From an uncultured virus (IMG/VR IMGVR_UViG_3300031994_000074) (taxonomy: Duplodnaviria; Heunggongvirae; Uroviricota; Caudoviricetes), in IMG/VR virus record IMGVR_UViG_3300031994_000074: a stretch of 64,000 bases of DNA. One strand, given 5' to 3'. A program made the position numbers and the translations under genes. The notes under the pieces are model-generated. The model worked only from the letters and a program-made list of their open reading frames with translations, ran no database searches and had not been told where the DNA came from. Shown here in pieces: positions 20,378-30,596 of this stretch (position 1 is its first letter; each line of letters starts with the position of its first letter).

Positions 20378-21166
20378 ATGGCTAGTAAATACAATGATCC
20401 GAAATGGATTGGTCAGAAATTTGGGAGATTGACGGTTGTTGAACCGATAAGAAAATGTGCAAACGGAAGATCAACACAGTGGTTCTGGAAAGTGAAATGT
20501 GATTGTGGCACAGAAAAGATTGTGAGACCAAGAGAAATTGTTGTGGGGAAAACCGTTTCTTGTAGCTGCTATAGATTTACAGAAAAACCATGCCCAACGA
20601 AAACACACGGAGAAAGTCACACAAGATTGCACAATATATGGATGGGTATGTTGAAAAGGTGCGATCCGAAAAAGCGAAATTCCGAAAGATATGGGAAACG
20701 TGGTATTTCAGTATGCGAAGAATGGAAAGACTATATAGCATTTGCATCATGGGCGCGTAGCCATGGATACAACGATGAATTGACAATAGAAAGAATAAAT
20801 GTCGATGGAAATTACGAACCATCAAATTGCACATGGATTCTCATGGAAAAACAAGCTCGGAACAGACGAACAACGCATTGGATCGAATACAAAGGGAGAA
20901 GGATGTCATTAGCTGAAGCAAGTGAACTTGCAGGATTGCCATACAAGGAAGTTTTTTATCGCATAGTTCATAGTAAATGGAATGTTGATGAAGCGTTATC
21001 TGTCCCTCTTGGGGGAGCAAATAAAGGTAAATTATTGGAAAAAACTTGCAGATATTGCGGCAAAACATTTAATGGTTATGCAAATCAAAAATATTGTAAT
21101 CATATATGTTGGAATGATTGGAGAAACATGCAAAGGAGAAACGAAAGAAAAAAACAATCAAAATGA
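20378..21166 (+). CDS. HNH-like homing endonuclease
   Basis: GQKFGRLTV, CDCG, RYGKRGISVCEEW, TIERINVDGNYEPSNCTW; AT-rich insert after terL. Confidence 0.85.
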   Translation: MASKYNDPKWIGQKFGRLTVVEPIRKCANGRSTQWFWKVKCDCGTEKIVRPREIVVGKTVSCSCYRFTEKPCPTKTHGESHTRLHNIWMGMLKRCDPKKRNSERYGKRGISVCEEWKDYIAFASWARSHGYNDELTIERINVDGNYEPSNCTWILMEKQARNRRTTHWIEYKGRRMSLAEASELAGLPYKEVFYRIVHSKWNVDEALSVPLGGANKGKLLEKTCRYCGKTFNGYANQKYCNHICWNDWRNMQRRNERKKQSK

Positions 21167-21181
21167 AGGGAGAATAATTTT

Positions 21182-21343
21182 ATGGGTTGGCCGCAGATTG
21201 TATGGATTGTGTTATCGGCAATGGGGATTGCAATTGCAGGGGTAAAGCACGGAGAACCGAGAGAGAAATATAACTTCTGGGTCACGCTGATTTCACTCGG
21301 AATTGAAATGGTGATCCTGTGGAAAGGCGGATTTTTCGGTTAA
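21182..21343 (+). CDS. small two-TM membrane protein (53 aa, not in the ORF track)
   Basis: MGWPQIVWIVLSAMGIAIAGVKHGEPREKYNFWVTLISLGIEMVILWKGGFFG. Confidence 0.6.
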   Translation: MGWPQIVWIVLSAMGIAIAGVKHGEPREKYNFWVTLISLGIEMVILWKGGFFG

Positions 21344-21421
21344 ATCCGAACGTTCGGAAACAATGAAGCAGCGAAACACAGCGTTTCGCTAAAAAAATCC
21401 GAACATTAAACACAAAAAGGG

Positions 21422-21449
21422 TTGCAAAGACCACAGATTGTGTTATAAT
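21422..21449 (+). promoter_or_regulatory. promoter upstream of the portal gene
   Basis: TTGCAA-16 bp-TATAAT with extended -10 TG. Confidence 0.5.
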
Positions 21450-21583
21450 GCAAACGGATACCCCTATATACGGGTAAAACCTGCCCGTTGCGGAAAGAAA
21501 TGAATTGAAGGCGCATGATTGCGTGGCGGAACTGCCAGTGATTGTGCGCCTTTTTTCTTTGCATGGTGAAGAGAGGTGAGAGG

Positions 21584-23374
21584 ATGGACGTGAACGAGAC
21601 GTATGACGTGACGACGCTGGAACGCTACCGCGTGAGCGCCGAGCATCAGTTTTCCTCTCATAACCTTCACGGACGGCGGCAGATTTTCACGGGAGAGCCG
21701 GTTGTGACGGATGCGAACGTTGTTGCCGTGCTGGAAAAGGCACTGCCGGTTCACCAGCTGAACCGGGCGGAAGAAAAGTATCTGTACGACTATATGCGCG
21801 GCATTCAGCCGGTGCTGTGGCGGACGAAGGTTTACAACCAGGAGATCAACAACAAGATCGTCATCAATCTGGCGAACCAGATTGTGAACTTCAAGGCTTC
21901 GGAGTTTGCCGGGGAGCCGATTCAGTATGTAAGCCGCGCAAGCCGGTATGCGAACCGGTCCACGGAGCGGTTTTTCGACCGGGTGAGGCGGTTGTTTTCC
22001 AAAGGCGCTACGGAGTCCGTACCGGACAAGGTATCCCGGCTGAACAGCATGATGCTGACGGAGGGCAAGCAGTCCAAGGACTTTGAAATGGCCAAGAAGA
22101 TGTTCTGCGGAGGCGTCGGATACCGGCTGACGATTCACGACCAGAAGCGGAGCGGCGCGGAGATTGTAGCCGGGGACAGCGGGAACAGTTATCTGGATGA
22201 AGCACCCTTTGAAATCCACATCCCGGATCCGTGGGATACGTTCGTCGTGCGCTACAACGACGTGACGCGGCGCGTGGTGATGGGCGTGACATATGTATTC
22301 CGTGATCATCCGGAAGGCACGCCGGAATACACCGTCTACACGCCGGACGTGACCTACACGATTGGCGAAAAGGACGGGAATCTTGCGATCCTGAACCGGG
22401 TGCAGCACAACTTCGGGCTGATTCCGCTGGTGGAATACCCGTGCAACCCGGAGCGGATGGGCGCGTTCGAGGTGGTTATCGACCTGCTGGACGCCTACAA
22501 CCTCGCCGCAAGCAACCGGGAGGACGCCATCGACCAGTTCATTCAGGCACTGATGGTGTTTGACGGCATCGACGTGGAAGATGGCGACATCGCCCGGATG
22601 AAGTCGCTCGGCGCGGTGAAGCTTCCTCCGGCGCAGAGCAATGTCGGCGGCGGCGGACGGCGGCTGTACTACCTGAACGAGCAGCTGGACCAGAGCCAGA
22701 CGCAGACCTTTGTGAACGACATGTACAAGACGATTCTTCAGATCGTCGGCATGCCCGCGCAGGGTGACGGAAACAACAGTGATTCCAGCAACAACGGCGC
22801 CATCATCATGAAGAACGGCTGGTGGCACGCGGAAGCGCGGATGCTGGAAACGCAGGGCATGTGGAAGGCTTCGGAAGCAGAGTTCCTGCGGATTGTGCTG
22901 AAAATCTGCGCGGAAGCGAACGCGCTGACCGGACTGAAGGTTTCGGATATCGAGCCGAAGTTCTGGCGGCAGAGTTACGAGGATCTGCTGGTGAAAACGC
23001 AGTCCTTCGCCACGTTGCGGAGCGCGGGAATGCCCGCGATTCAGGCGTTTACCTACAGCCATCTCAGCAAGGACCCGGAGAGCGACGCGATCATTTACGA
23101 CGCCTACCAGGAAGAACTGGCGCAGCGGCTGGACGAGAACAACGGCATTCTGACGGAAGAGGACCTGCGGGAAGAGGAGATCAGCGCCAGGGAGGACATG
23201 GCCGATGAAGCGGCCGCGTCCACGGATGAATCCTCCGCACTGGATGAAATGTACGGCATCTGCCCGATCTGCGGGAAGCGGTTCAGGAAGAGCTATCCCG
23301 GGCAGCAGTACAACTCCATCGCCTGCGCAAACCGGGCGCGGAAAAGCCGGAGCGGGATTCCGCGAGGCATCTGA
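21584..23374 (+). CDS. portal protein (SPP1-like)
   Basis: NNKIVINLANQIV, HNFGLIPLVEY, IDLLDAYNLAAS; located after terL. Confidence 0.9.
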   Translation: MDVNETYDVTTLERYRVSAEHQFSSHNLHGRRQIFTGEPVVTDANVVAVLEKALPVHQLNRAEEKYLYDYMRGIQPVLWRTKVYNQEINNKIVINLANQIVNFKASEFAGEPIQYVSRASRYANRSTERFFDRVRRLFSKGATESVPDKVSRLNSMMLTEGKQSKDFEMAKKMFCGGVGYRLTIHDQKRSGAEIVAGDSGNSYLDEAPFEIHIPDPWDTFVVRYNDVTRRVVMGVTYVFRDHPEGTPEYTVYTPDVTYTIGEKDGNLAILNRVQHNFGLIPLVEYPCNPERMGAFEVVIDLLDAYNLAASNREDAIDQFIQALMVFDGIDVEDGDIARMKSLGAVKLPPAQSNVGGGGRRLYYLNEQLDQSQTQTFVNDMYKTILQIVGMPAQGDGNNSDSSNNGAIIMKNGWWHAEARMLETQGMWKASEAEFLRIVLKICAEANALTGLKVSDIEPKFWRQSYEDLLVKTQSFATLRSAGMPAIQAFTYSHLSKDPESDAIIYDAYQEELAQRLDENNGILTEEDLREEEISAREDMADEAAASTDESSALDEMYGICPICGKRFRKSYPGQQYNSIACANRARKSRSGIPRGI

Positions 23375-23389
23375 GGACGGTGACGGAAC

Positions 23390-24082
23390 GTGGCAGAGAT
23401 GGATTACTACGGTCCGGCAGACGAAGGCATCCGGCAGATGAACCGCGACAACCTGCGTGCATTCTCGCGGCTGAAGCTTGCGGACTTTGACCGGATCGGC
23501 ATTATCCGCACGGTGCTTGACCTTTACGAAACGCAGCGAAAGAAGGCGAAGAAGAAGTATCTGGAAATCGGTCTGGAAGCGTATCTGCTGGGGCTGATCT
23601 TCGCCGGAAAGAGTCTTTCGGATAAGGTGGCCCGGAGCATGGCGGAGAAAGCGATCACGCCGGAATGGATTGATGAAATGCTGTCGGAGACGGACTTCGT
23701 GACGCTGTACCGGTTCAACCCGGAAACGGAACGGAAGGCGCAAAGGCTGATTGAAGCGCTGTCGCTGCTGGCGGAAGGAAACGCCGCGAGAATGCCGGGA
23801 ACAACGGTTGAAGAGATGCGGAACGCCCTGATCGACAATGCGCTTAAGCAGTGGACAAAGCAGCTTGGACAGTATGCGATCAACGTGACGGACGCGGCGG
23901 TGGTGATGGCGTTGGACGATGCGGGGGTCGGATGGGTGCGATGGGTGACGGAGCGCGACCAGCGGGTCTGTACGGACTGTCACCAGCTGGACGGACGGGT
24001 GTTCCGGATTGATGAGGTGCCAACGAAGCTGCACTGGAACTGCCGATGCAGGCTGACCCCAGCGGAAAAGCCGGATGAATGA
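23390..24082 (+). CDS. minor head protein (Mu gpF/SPP1 gp7-like)
   Basis: WVTERDQRVCTDC...HWNCRC. Confidence 0.85.
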   Translation: MAEMDYYGPADEGIRQMNRDNLRAFSRLKLADFDRIGIIRTVLDLYETQRKKAKKKYLEIGLEAYLLGLIFAGKSLSDKVARSMAEKAITPEWIDEMLSETDFVTLYRFNPETERKAQRLIEALSLLAEGNAARMPGTTVEEMRNALIDNALKQWTKQLGQYAINVTDAAVVMALDDAGVGWVRWVTERDQRVCTDCHQLDGRVFRIDEVPTKLHWNCRCRLTPAEKPDE

Positions 24083-24231
24083 TTTCAACAGACTTCGGTC
24101 TGATTTGAGATACGGGGCCAGAGAAGGCGCCGAACAAAGAAATGTCGCTGCGGTTGGGAGATCAGCCAAAGAAACACGAAGCGCACTGAAAAAACGTCAG
24201 AGAAGACGGAAATCGCAAAGGAGAAAGCACT

Positions 24232-24930
24232 ATGGTCAGGAATCGGAACGGTTACTGGATGAGTCCGGAGTTTTATGCCATGTTCGCTCCGGATGACGGG
24301 GCGGGCAGCGGAGCAGGCGCCGCCGGAGATCCCGGAAACGGCAGCGGCGGGGACGGGAACAACGGAAATGACGGCGCAGGCGGAGACAACGGCGGAGACG
24401 ACGGAGCAGGCGGCGATGCGGATCTCGCGGAGAAGCTTGCGAAAGCCGAGGCGGATCTTCTGAAGTACAAGGCCGCGATTGACAAGGCGACGAAGGAGGC
24501 CAGCGACGCCAAGAAGGCGCTGCGGGCCAAGCAGAGCGCCGAGGAAATTGCCGCAGAGGAAAAGAAGGCTGCCGACGAAAAGGCCGCGCAGGAGATCGAA
24601 GAGCTGCGGCGCGAGGTCGCACGTACAAAGGCTGTCAAGAGCGTCATGAGCAGGCTCGGCACGGACGAGGAAACTTCCGGCAGGATCGCGGAATGCCTCT
24701 ACGGTGCGGAGGATGTGGACAACGCGCTGACGGAGATTCAGCGGGCGTGGACAGCCCGCGAAAAGGCGCTGAAGCTGGAGTACGGCAAGGTGCCGCCGCC
24801 CGGAGCAGGCGGGGCCAGCGGCGAGGACGAGGAAACCGCAAGGGCGATCCGGCTCGCCAAAGAGATGGGACAGGCGCGGGCCAAGGTGTCCGAGAGCGTC
24901 CAGGCACAACTGAAGGGGCTGATCCGGTAA
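24232..24930 (+). CDS. capsid scaffolding protein
   Basis: Gly/Asp-rich N-terminus, coiled coil, position before the capsid genes. Confidence 0.75.
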   Translation: MVRNRNGYWMSPEFYAMFAPDDGAGSGAGAAGDPGNGSGGDGNNGNDGAGGDNGGDDGAGGDADLAEKLAKAEADLLKYKAAIDKATKEASDAKKALRAKQSAEEIAAEEKKAADEKAAQEIEELRREVARTKAVKSVMSRLGTDEETSGRIAECLYGAEDVDNALTEIQRAWTAREKALKLEYGKVPPPGAGGASGEDEETARAIRLAKEMGQARAKVSESVQAQLKGLIR

Positions 24931-24976
24931 GGAACGGTTCTGCAAATACAACCTTTTGAAAGGAGAGACACATACC

Positions 24977-25363
24977 ATGAAGTTTGAAACGAATGCGATT
25001 GGCGGAAGCGTGGAGATCCTCGCTTCCAAAGACTTCCAGGCGATCCCCGCAAAGATCGTTGCAGCTGCCGGTGCGTCCAGCACCGTTGTGAAGGCCGGTA
25101 CGCCCATCACAGAGGCAGGCGCTGCGACTACCGGTTCCGGTGCGGTCGGCGTGCTGCTGTATGACGTGGATACCGCCGCGAACCCCAACGGCGCGCTGGT
25201 GGTGCAGGGCATCATCGACGCGACCAAGGCGCAGGCTCACAGCGGCGTGACTTATGCTTCCGCCCTGTACAGTGCTCTGCCCGGCATCGTGTTCCGGACC
25301 AACATCGGCGTGAACGGCGCTACCGGTGCTACAGGTGCTACCGGCGAAACCGGGGAAGGCTGA
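24977..25363 (+). CDS. head decoration protein
   Basis: VVKAGTP, AVGVLLYDVD; short GAT collagen-like tail. Confidence 0.7.
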   Translation: MKFETNAIGGSVEILASKDFQAIPAKIVAAAGASSTVVKAGTPITEAGAATTGSGAVGVLLYDVDTAANPNGALVVQGIIDATKAQAHSGVTYASALYSALPGIVFRTNIGVNGATGATGATGETGEG

Positions 25364-25377
25364 TCGGGGGATGACCG

Positions 25378-26022
25378 ATGAAGATACTCATTGCCGTACC
25401 GACCTTTGAAACCATTTATCCGGATACTTACAAAAGCATCTGGGATCTGGACAAGGGCGGACACGAAGTTCTGTTTGATTCCGTTCGCGGCTATGACGTT
25501 GCGACGGCAAGAAACAGGATCGCCAAGAAGGCGCTTGATCTGGAAACGGATTTTGTTCTGATGGTGGATAACGATGTTGTGCTTCCGAAGGACGCGCTGA
25601 AACTGCTTCTTGATGGTGCAATGGACGTGAACCTTGGGTACTACGCCCACAGGGATACGGACAATATCTACAGGGGGAAAACCTGTATCTGCAAACTGAA
25701 GGACGAGAACGGCAAGGAGTATTACCATTACCCGCTTGAAAGCGAGTATTCCGCAGAAGAAATGCACGGGATGGCAGATGCTGGAACAACGAAGATCGAG
25801 GTTCATGGCGGCGGAATGGGATGCGCACTGATTTCCACGGAAGTATTCCGGAGAACAACGTACCCATGGTACGACTGGGTGAATTACGGAGATGCGAACC
25901 GCGGAATGCTGAGTGAAGATCTTTACTTCTGCTCCCTGTGCAGGGCGTCCGGCATACCGATTTTTGCCGACGTCCGTGTGGGCTGCGGGCACCTGCTTCG
26001 TCATGTGCAGTGGCCCGAATGA
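25378..26022 (+). CDS. glycosyltransferase (GT-A/GT2-like) within the head module
   Basis: ARN, MVDND (DxD), GGGMGCAL, SEDLYF, CGH. Confidence 0.8.
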   Translation: MKILIAVPTFETIYPDTYKSIWDLDKGGHEVLFDSVRGYDVATARNRIAKKALDLETDFVLMVDNDVVLPKDALKLLLDGAMDVNLGYYAHRDTDNIYRGKTCICKLKDENGKEYYHYPLESEYSAEEMHGMADAGTTKIEVHGGGMGCALISTEVFRRTTYPWYDWVNYGDANRGMLSEDLYFCSLCRASGIPIFADVRVGCGHLLRHVQWPE

Positions 26023-26092
26023 TTTTTTTAGCCTGATAAGAACACACAACGCAGGCGATTAGTCACAAAACGAATGAAAGGAGAAAATCATT

Positions 26093-27169
26093 ATGGATTT
26101 TATCAATTTCCTGAAACTGGTAAAGCCCGCCGTGATTGCGGCGAACTGGACGGAAGCGCAGACCAACGCGGATCCCTATCTGGGCGAAGCGCTGTTCCCC
26201 CGGAGGCAGAAGGCCGGTCTTGACCTGAGCTGGTTCAAGGGAAACAAGGGTCTTCCCGTTACCCTGATGCCTTCCGCCTTTGACGCGAAGGCCACCTTCC
26301 GGGATCGGGTCGGTGTTTCCAAGCTGGAAACCGAAATGCCCTTCTTCCGTGAGGGCTTCAAGATCAAGGAGAAGGATCGCCAGAACCTCCTGCGTGCGCA
26401 GGACACAAAAGATCCCTATGTCCGTGAGATCATCGCCCGCGTTTTCGACGACGCCGCCGAGCTGCTGGAAGGCGCCCGCGTGGTTGCTGAGCGTGAGCGG
26501 ATGCAGCTGATCTTTGCCCCGAACGGCAACGTTGGCATTGCCATCAAGGCGAACGGCGTGGATTACACCTACAACTATGACCCGAATGGTGCGTGGAAAT
26601 CCAGCAACTACTTCGAGATCACCGATCCAACAAAGAAGTGGACCGACAAGACCAACTCCGATCCGCTGGCGGACATCCAGACCGGCAAGGACGCGGTGCA
26701 GGACAAGGGCGGCATGACCCGTCTGATCGCCATGAACAGCAACACCTTCCGGACGATGCGCGGCAACAAGAACATCATGAACAAGTTCATCACCACCTCC
26801 GGTGTGAACGTGGCTACGGTGTCTGACGGCGACATCGCGCAGGTGCTGAAGGACAGCCTGGAACTGGACGGCATCGTGATCTACAACAAGAAGTTCCGCG
26901 ACGAGAACAAGCAGACCCAGCAGTTCGTTCCGGACGGCTATGTGGCGCTGCTGCCCGACGGCGCACTCGGCAACACCTACCTGGGCACGACCCCCGAGGA
27001 AGCCGACCTGCGGAGCGCGGGCATCGCGGACGTGGAGATCGTGGACACCGGCGTGGCGCTGACTCAGATCGTGGACGCGCATCCCGTGAACGTGAACACC
27101 TTTGCCAGTGAGATCGTCCTGCCCAGCTATGAGCGGATGGATGAGGTTGCCCTGCTGAAGGTGTTCTGA
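26093..27169 (+). CDS. major capsid protein
   Basis: 358 aa; YLGEALFP, PSAFDAKA, MPFFRE, GTTPEEADL, SEIVLPSYE (capsid E-like family). Confidence 0.88.
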   Translation: MDFINFLKLVKPAVIAANWTEAQTNADPYLGEALFPRRQKAGLDLSWFKGNKGLPVTLMPSAFDAKATFRDRVGVSKLETEMPFFREGFKIKEKDRQNLLRAQDTKDPYVREIIARVFDDAAELLEGARVVAERERMQLIFAPNGNVGIAIKANGVDYTYNYDPNGAWKSSNYFEITDPTKKWTDKTNSDPLADIQTGKDAVQDKGGMTRLIAMNSNTFRTMRGNKNIMNKFITTSGVNVATVSDGDIAQVLKDSLELDGIVIYNKKFRDENKQTQQFVPDGYVALLPDGALGNTYLGTTPEEADLRSAGIADVEIVDTGVALTQIVDAHPVNVNTFASEIVLPSYERMDEVALLKVF

Positions 27170-27183
27170 TCGGAGGTACACCG

Positions 27184-27426
27184 ATGAAAGTCAAAGCGAA
27201 ATGGGCTATCAAGGCGGACGGCGCATGGCGGAAGACCGGGGAGGTTTTTGAGACAGAGGACGCGGCAACGCTTGGCAATGCCGTTGAAATCCTGACCGAA
27301 AATCCTGCGCCGGAACAGGTGCGGATGGACGACGTGAAAGCGGAAACGCCGGAAGCACCGGAAGCCAAAGCCGAGCCGAAGCCCAGGACAGCGGCGAGAA
27401 CACGGAAGAGAACTATCGAAGCATAA
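27184..27426 (+). CDS. small head-associated protein
   Basis: follows the major capsid gene; ggagg RBS. Confidence 0.55.
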   Translation: MKVKAKWAIKADGAWRKTGEVFETEDAATLGNAVEILTENPAPEQVRMDDVKAETPEAPEAKAEPKPRTAARTRKRTIEA

Positions 27427-27449
27427 GGCCATGAAAGGAGGCGGGCAGG

Positions 27450-27785
27450 ATGGACTGCGGCAGGAAGGCAGAAATGCTCCGGGCGCTGATCGGTGACACG
27501 AAACGGAAGGAAGATTCCGCCGTTCTGTCCGTCTACCTGGAAATGGCGAAGGCGAAAATCCTCGAAAGGCTGTACCCGTACCGGGAGAACTGGAACGATC
27601 TGGACGTGCCGGATAAGTACGTGATGCTGCAACTGAAGATTGCCGCCTACCTCATGAACAAGCGCGGGGCGGAAGGGCAGATTCAGCACATCGAGAACGG
27701 CGTCCACCGGAACTACGGAGACGCGGACGTGCCGGAAAGCATGCTTTCGGATCTGGCTCCCTTTGTCGGGATTCCAGGGCGGTGA
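27450..27785 (+). CDS. head-tail connector (gp6/gp15-like)
   Basis: NKRGAEGQIQHIENGVHRNY. Confidence 0.8.
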   Translation: MDCGRKAEMLRALIGDTKRKEDSAVLSVYLEMAKAKILERLYPYRENWNDLDVPDKYVMLQLKIAAYLMNKRGAEGQIQHIENGVHRNYGDADVPESMLSDLAPFVGIPGR

Positions 27786-27789
27786 TCGT

Positions 27790-28158
27790 ATGAAGCTGCT
27801 GAAACGGAACCTGCGGGAAATGGAATACATTCCCTACGAAGGAGAATCGGACATTGACCCGGAAACGGGTCTGCATACGGGCGAACCCGTCCCGTCATAC
27901 GGCGAGCCGATTCCCTTCGAAGGGAATTTATCCATCCCGGGCGGGTATGCGAACGCCACCTTTTACGGGGAGGATATTCGCTATACGCATGTGCTGCTGA
28001 TGGAGCCGTCGGAGATCGACGAACCCGTGGATGAGTACGGTCTGATCCGTGACGGAGAGGATGAGTACGAAATCCGGGCAGTCCGGCCGAGCGAGAACGT
28101 GATTTCCGTGGCACTCCGGCTTCGGACGAAGAACCATGCGGACGGTGACGGTGCATGA
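27790..28158 (+). CDS. head closure protein
   Basis: synteny and size. Confidence 0.6.
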   Translation: MKLLKRNLREMEYIPYEGESDIDPETGLHTGEPVPSYGEPIPFEGNLSIPGGYANATFYGEDIRYTHVLLMEPSEIDEPVDEYGLIRDGEDEYEIRAVRPSENVISVALRLRTKNHADGDGA

Positions 28159-28724
28159 GCAGTTATGTACTGAAAACCATTCGCATGGACCCGCTGGACG
28201 TGCGGAGCGTTGAAAAGGCGATTCGTGAGGTGGAGCGCACAAAGCGCGAACTGAACGACGCCATGACGGCGCTTGTCCGGGCATTGATGGACGATGGCGT
28301 GGAGATTGCAAAGATGGAGGTCGTGGCTCTGGACGCCGTGGACACAGGGGCGCTGCTCGCAAGCATCGGACACGGGGCCTACGACCCGGGAAGCCGAACC
28401 GGCGTGGTGTATGCCGGAAGCTACTACGCGATCTTCGTGGAGTACGGCACGGGCATTGTGGGCGAAAAGTATCCACACCCGGCGCCGGAAACGGCGTCAC
28501 AGGGCGATGGCGGTACATTCAGCAAGTACACGAAGTACGACACAAACAACCACGGCGAACAGGGATGGTGGTACTACAGCGACACGGACGGAAAGCTGCA
28601 CTGGACGAAGGGCATGAAGTCCAGGCCGTTCATGTATAACACGATGATGTATCTTCGGGATTATGCGGAACGGGCCGGAGGACGGGTCATCGCATCCTAT
28701 GTGGCAGGAGGTAGCGGATCATGA
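28155..28724 (+). CDS. HK97 gp10-like tail completion protein
   Basis: VDTGAL, YAIFVEYGTG, TKGMKSRPFM. Confidence 0.8.
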   Translation: MSSYVLKTIRMDPLDVRSVEKAIREVERTKRELNDAMTALVRALMDDGVEIAKMEVVALDAVDTGALLASIGHGAYDPGSRTGVVYAGSYYAIFVEYGTGIVGEKYPHPAPETASQGDGGTFSKYTKYDTNNHGEQGWWYYSDTDGKLHWTKGMKSRPFMYNTMMYLRDYAERAGGRVIASYVAGGSGS

Positions 28725-29116
28725 TTGACGTGGAGAATCTGGTATTCAACGCGGTTTATGACGACATCGCGCCGCTCTGCGCAGAAGGCGGATTCCGAAG
28801 CATTCATACCCCTGCACCGACCGTATTTCCCACCGTCACCCTGTTCGAGATGGACAACCGGACAGACCGGAACCGGAACAGCACGAGCGATTTTGAGGAC
28901 TTTGCGGAACTGACCTACGAGGTACATGTGTACGCGAACGGGAAGAAAGCGTGCAGGGACGTGTTCACGCAGGTGGACGCGGCGCTTGCGCGGTACAACT
29001 TCAACCGTTTCAGCGGGACGTATATTCCGAACCTGAACAATGACAGGGTGCATGAATATGTCGCCCGGTATCAGGTGCGGGTCAGTCATGACGGATGTTT
29101 ATCCAGAGTGAGATGA
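28721..29116 (+). CDS. tail terminator protein
   Basis: synteny; FPTVTLFEMDN. Confidence 0.65.
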   Translation: MIDVENLVFNAVYDDIAPLCAEGGFRSIHTPAPTVFPTVTLFEMDNRTDRNRNSTSDFEDFAELTYEVHVYANGKKACRDVFTQVDAALARYNFNRFSGTYIPNLNNDRVHEYVARYQVRVSHDGCLSRVR

Positions 29117-29180
29117 TTCTTTTTTTGAGGATCATGAACACGAAATGAAAGAATAAAAACACAGAAAGGAATGAGGGTCT

Positions 29181-29630
29181 ATGCCGAACGAAGTGCGCGG
29201 AATTTCCACTTATCAAACCTACCTGATGTACAGGACCACAACCAGCGGCACATGGGATAAGGTTATCGACATCACCAGTTTCCCGGATCTGGTTCCCCCG
29301 AAGGAGCAGATCGACATTACCACCCTGTCTGACTATATGCGCGTTTATATCAACGGCATCGGCGACACGGGCGGCGAGATGAGCTTCGGCGCGAATTACA
29401 CGGCGGAGAACTATGCCAAGGTGAACGCGCTGGAAGGCCATCAGTATGAGTACGCCGTCTGGTTCGGCGCGTCCGGCGAGCAGGGCAGTGAGGTCCCCGA
29501 CGGCCACAACGGGAAGTTCTCCTGGACGGGCGATATCTCTGCGGGTATCTCCGGCGGCGGCGTGAACGATGCTGTCGGCATGACGGTGAACTGCACCCCG
29601 AGCACGGTGCTGAGCTTCACCGCGTCCTGA
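29181..29630 (+). CDS. major tail (tube) protein
   Basis: DITSFPDL, IDITTLSD, GKFSWTG, GGGVND. Confidence 0.85.
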   Translation: MPNEVRGISTYQTYLMYRTTTSGTWDKVIDITSFPDLVPPKEQIDITTLSDYMRVYINGIGDTGGEMSFGANYTAENYAKVNALEGHQYEYAVWFGASGEQGSEVPDGHNGKFSWTGDISAGISGGGVNDAVGMTVNCTPSTVLSFTAS

Positions 29631-29641
29631 TCGATGGGAGC

Positions 29642-29670
29642 AGCCCCGTCCGTGACGGGCGGGGCTTTTC
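29642..29670 (+). terminator. intrinsic terminator after the major tail gene
   Basis: agccccgtccgt-g-acgggcggggct-ttt. Confidence 0.65.
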
Positions 29671-29699
29671 CATATATTAATTAAAGGAGGCCAATCCAC

Positions 29700-30092
29700 A
29701 TGGCTAAAAGCACCGAAAACGCCGTGGAAAACGCGGCAAACATCACCGAGGAAAAGGAACAGGAAATCAACTACATCGACATCCGGGACAAGGATGGGAA
29801 GACCTACCGGCTGGAATTCAACCGGCGGATTTCCGAAGCGATGGAGCGCGAGGGCTTTGTGTTCGACATGGACAACAAGCCGCAGACGACCATCCGGACA
29901 CTGTTCCGTGGCGCGTTCCGGATGCACCACAAGGGGATCATGCCCGAGAAGACCGACGCGATCTGGGACGTCCAGAGAGACAAGGGCAAGCTGATTGCCT
30001 ACCTGTACAGCATGTACCTGAAGCCGCTGAATGACCTGCTGAACGAGCCGGATGGAGAGGCGGACGAAAACCCTACGTGGAGCATCGGGTAA
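29700..30092 (+). CDS. tail assembly chaperone (G)
   Basis: between tail tube and tape measure genes. Confidence 0.75.
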   Translation: MAKSTENAVENAANITEEKEQEINYIDIRDKDGKTYRLEFNRRISEAMEREGFVFDMDNKPQTTIRTLFRGAFRMHHKGIMPEKTDAIWDVQRDKGKLIAYLYSMYLKPLNDLLNEPDGEADENPTWSIG

Positions 30093-30559
30093 TCGAGGAA
30101 AAATATCCGATCTCCAAAGTCTTTCGTGACGCTTTCCCGCACTATCTTGCCATCGGAATGCCCGCAGAGGCGTACTGGGACGGGGAATCCTGGCTCGTGA
30201 AAAGCTACCGCGAGGCATACCGGCTGCGGATGGAGAACGAGGAGCGGATCAGCGACCGGAACGAATGGCGGATGGGCGAGTATATCCGGCGGGCACTGAT
30301 CAGCGTTCCGATCATCGTGAACGGGTTCATGCCGAAGGGCGCGAAGCTGCACGACTATCCGGAAAGGCCGGTGCTGGAGGAATACGAGCTTCAGAAGAAA
30401 GCGGAAGAGAAGCAGAACGAACAGAAAGCACGGGAAGAGAAGGAACAGAAGCTGGCGCTGGCGATGTTCCAGGCGTTTGCGGAGAAGATGAACAAAGGCA
30501 TCCGGAAACGGCTGGACGCGGAAGCGGCGGAAAATGAAATAAAACAGACCGAAGTTTGA
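30077..30559 (+). CDS. tail assembly chaperone (T part, probably reached by -1 frameshift)
   Basis: overlaps G in the -1 frame; YLAIGMP..YW motif. Confidence 0.7.
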   Translation: MEHRVIEEKYPISKVFRDAFPHYLAIGMPAEAYWDGESWLVKSYREAYRLRMENEERISDRNEWRMGEYIRRALISVPIIVNGFMPKGAKLHDYPERPVLEEYELQKKAEEKQNEQKAREEKEQKLALAMFQAFAEKMNKGIRKRLDAEAAENEIKQTEV

Positions 30560-30596
30560 TACTTTTGGGCGCATTAGCGGGAAAGGGGAGAAGACC

